From: Candidatus Udaeobacter sp.
Lineage (GTDB): Bacteria; Verrucomicrobiota; Verrucomicrobiia; Chthoniobacterales; UBA10450
Assembly: GCA_035652195.1 (NCBI GenBank)
Contig: DASREH010000135.1
Coordinates: forward strand, 31,151 to 95,150
Reading direction: 5' to 3'
Length of the DNA: 64,000 nucleotides
Shown here: piece after piece, positions 63,564-64,000 of the stretch
Position numbering within the stretch: position 1 is the stretch's first letter
How the letters are laid out: every line of letters starts with the position of its first letter
Notes under the pieces: model-generated
The model's input: only the letters and a program-made list of their open reading frames with translations
Told to the model about the DNA's origin: nothing
Databases searched by the model: none
Translations under genes and position numbers: made by a program

Positions 63564-64000
63564 TTACAGATACGGACAATGAATCCCGAATGACGGGTAA
63601 AGTGCGTGTGGCACTGGAATCATAATCGCGGCCAAGAGCAGGAACGCGAACCAGCCGAGCGCGCGGCGTCCCGGGTTAAGCGGAGTAATGTCATCTAGCG
63701 CGGGCACGTCTCGGGTGCCGGCGATGAACCAGACAATCGCCGCCCATATCATCAATCCCGGCCAAACGAAGAGCGCCAACGCAAATAGCGTGACGAGAGC
63801 GCCGACACTGACTGCATGTCCGCGTCTCGCCCCCAAAAGGGCGTGCGCCATATGTCCGCCGTCGAGTTGACCGATCGGCAGCAAATTGAGCGCGGTGACC
63901 AACAAGCCGAGCCAGCCGGCAAACGCGAGCGGGTGCAGCATGAGTTGATGTCCCGCTATTGTGTCCGCACCCAGGGCAATTTTTGCCAGGATCGCCAACA
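63564..64000 (-). CDS. Site-2 (M50) metalloprotease family membrane protein, N-terminal part outside the window
   Basis: The ORF is open to the window end. NLLPIGQLDGGHMAHALLG is the conserved M50 LDG motif. Confidence 0.8.
   Translation of the reverse strand, partial: LAILAKIALGADTIAGHQLMLHPLAFAGWLGLLVTALNLLPIGQLDGGHMAHALLGARRGHAVSVGALVTLFALALFVWPGLMIWAAIVWFIAGTRDVPALDDITPLNPGRRALGWFAFLLLAAIMIPVPHALYPSFGIHCPYL

Noticed and set aside
1-64000. A search by eye for CRISPR arrays, rRNA/tRNA genes, transposases, integrases and classical defence systems.
   Set aside because: I saw no regularly spaced short repeats and no rRNA-like or cloverleaf-like segments. No DDE, tyrosine or serine recombinase motifs appear in any ORF. 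A tRNA could still have been missed without a covariance-model scan.

Overview
GC-rich, gene-dense window from a diderm bacterium, identified as such by its TolC-type, CopB and beta-barrel outer-membrane genes. It is essentially one large metal and redox-stress island. I saw no rRNA, tRNA, CRISPR array, transposase or integrase.

Layout, left to right:
(1) The 3' part of a giant SNF2-type helicase gene, cut by the window edge, followed by phased direct repeats.
(2) A small module with a CDF-like transporter and a secreted Cys-rich mini-protein.
(3) HME-RND operon 1 on the + strand. It is CusCBA-like, and its CusA carries a C-terminal FixH/YtkA-like fusion. A translationally coupled tail follows: DUF3347 x2, a Met-rich anchor protein, an SDR epimerase and an SPW/VKOR-like membrane protein.
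(4) A long minus-strand unit. It combines a CzcCBA-like pump, a STAS-like protein, two small secreted paralogs, a Zn/Cd/Pb-type P1B ATPase and a CpxP/CnrX-like periplasmic protein.
(5) A DUF1326/DUF2182 pair, a TPMT-like methyltransferase and a second copy of the Cys-rich mini-protein.
(6) A nine-gene minus-strand cop operon. It contains a Met/Gly-rich periplasmic protein, a CBM48-like protein, the CopA multicopper oxidase, CopB, a membrane-anchored FNR/2Fe-2S reductase fusion, a polytopic His-rich membrane protein, a heptaheme cytochrome c, DUF1622 and an esterase.
(7) A YeeE/YedE pair.
(8) An ATGA-coupled operon of a GltD-like oxidoreductase, an alcohol dehydrogenase and three Cys-rich exported or anchored proteins.
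(9) HME-RND operon 3 (CusCBA-like). It is preceded by a Cys-rich protein, an ATP-synthase-epsilon-like protein and a YHS/TRASH protein, and followed by a LOG-family gene.
(10) A DHOD-like gene, a PocR-AraC regulator and YbdK.
(11) An operon of NrfC-like and NrfD-like genes, two monoheme cytochromes c and an outer-membrane beta-barrel.
(12) TauE/SafE, GalT, a TPP-dependent decarboxylase with an apparent 5' frameshift, and a partial M50 protease.

A ~170-nt conserved intergenic element occurs three times in direct orientation and brackets modules 2 and 3.

Many ORF-track starts are over-extended or use GTG/TTG. I re-set starts where a stop/start overlap (ATGA, GTGA, TTGA) or a signal peptide supported it. 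All family calls come from motif recognition by eye, and no database search was run.
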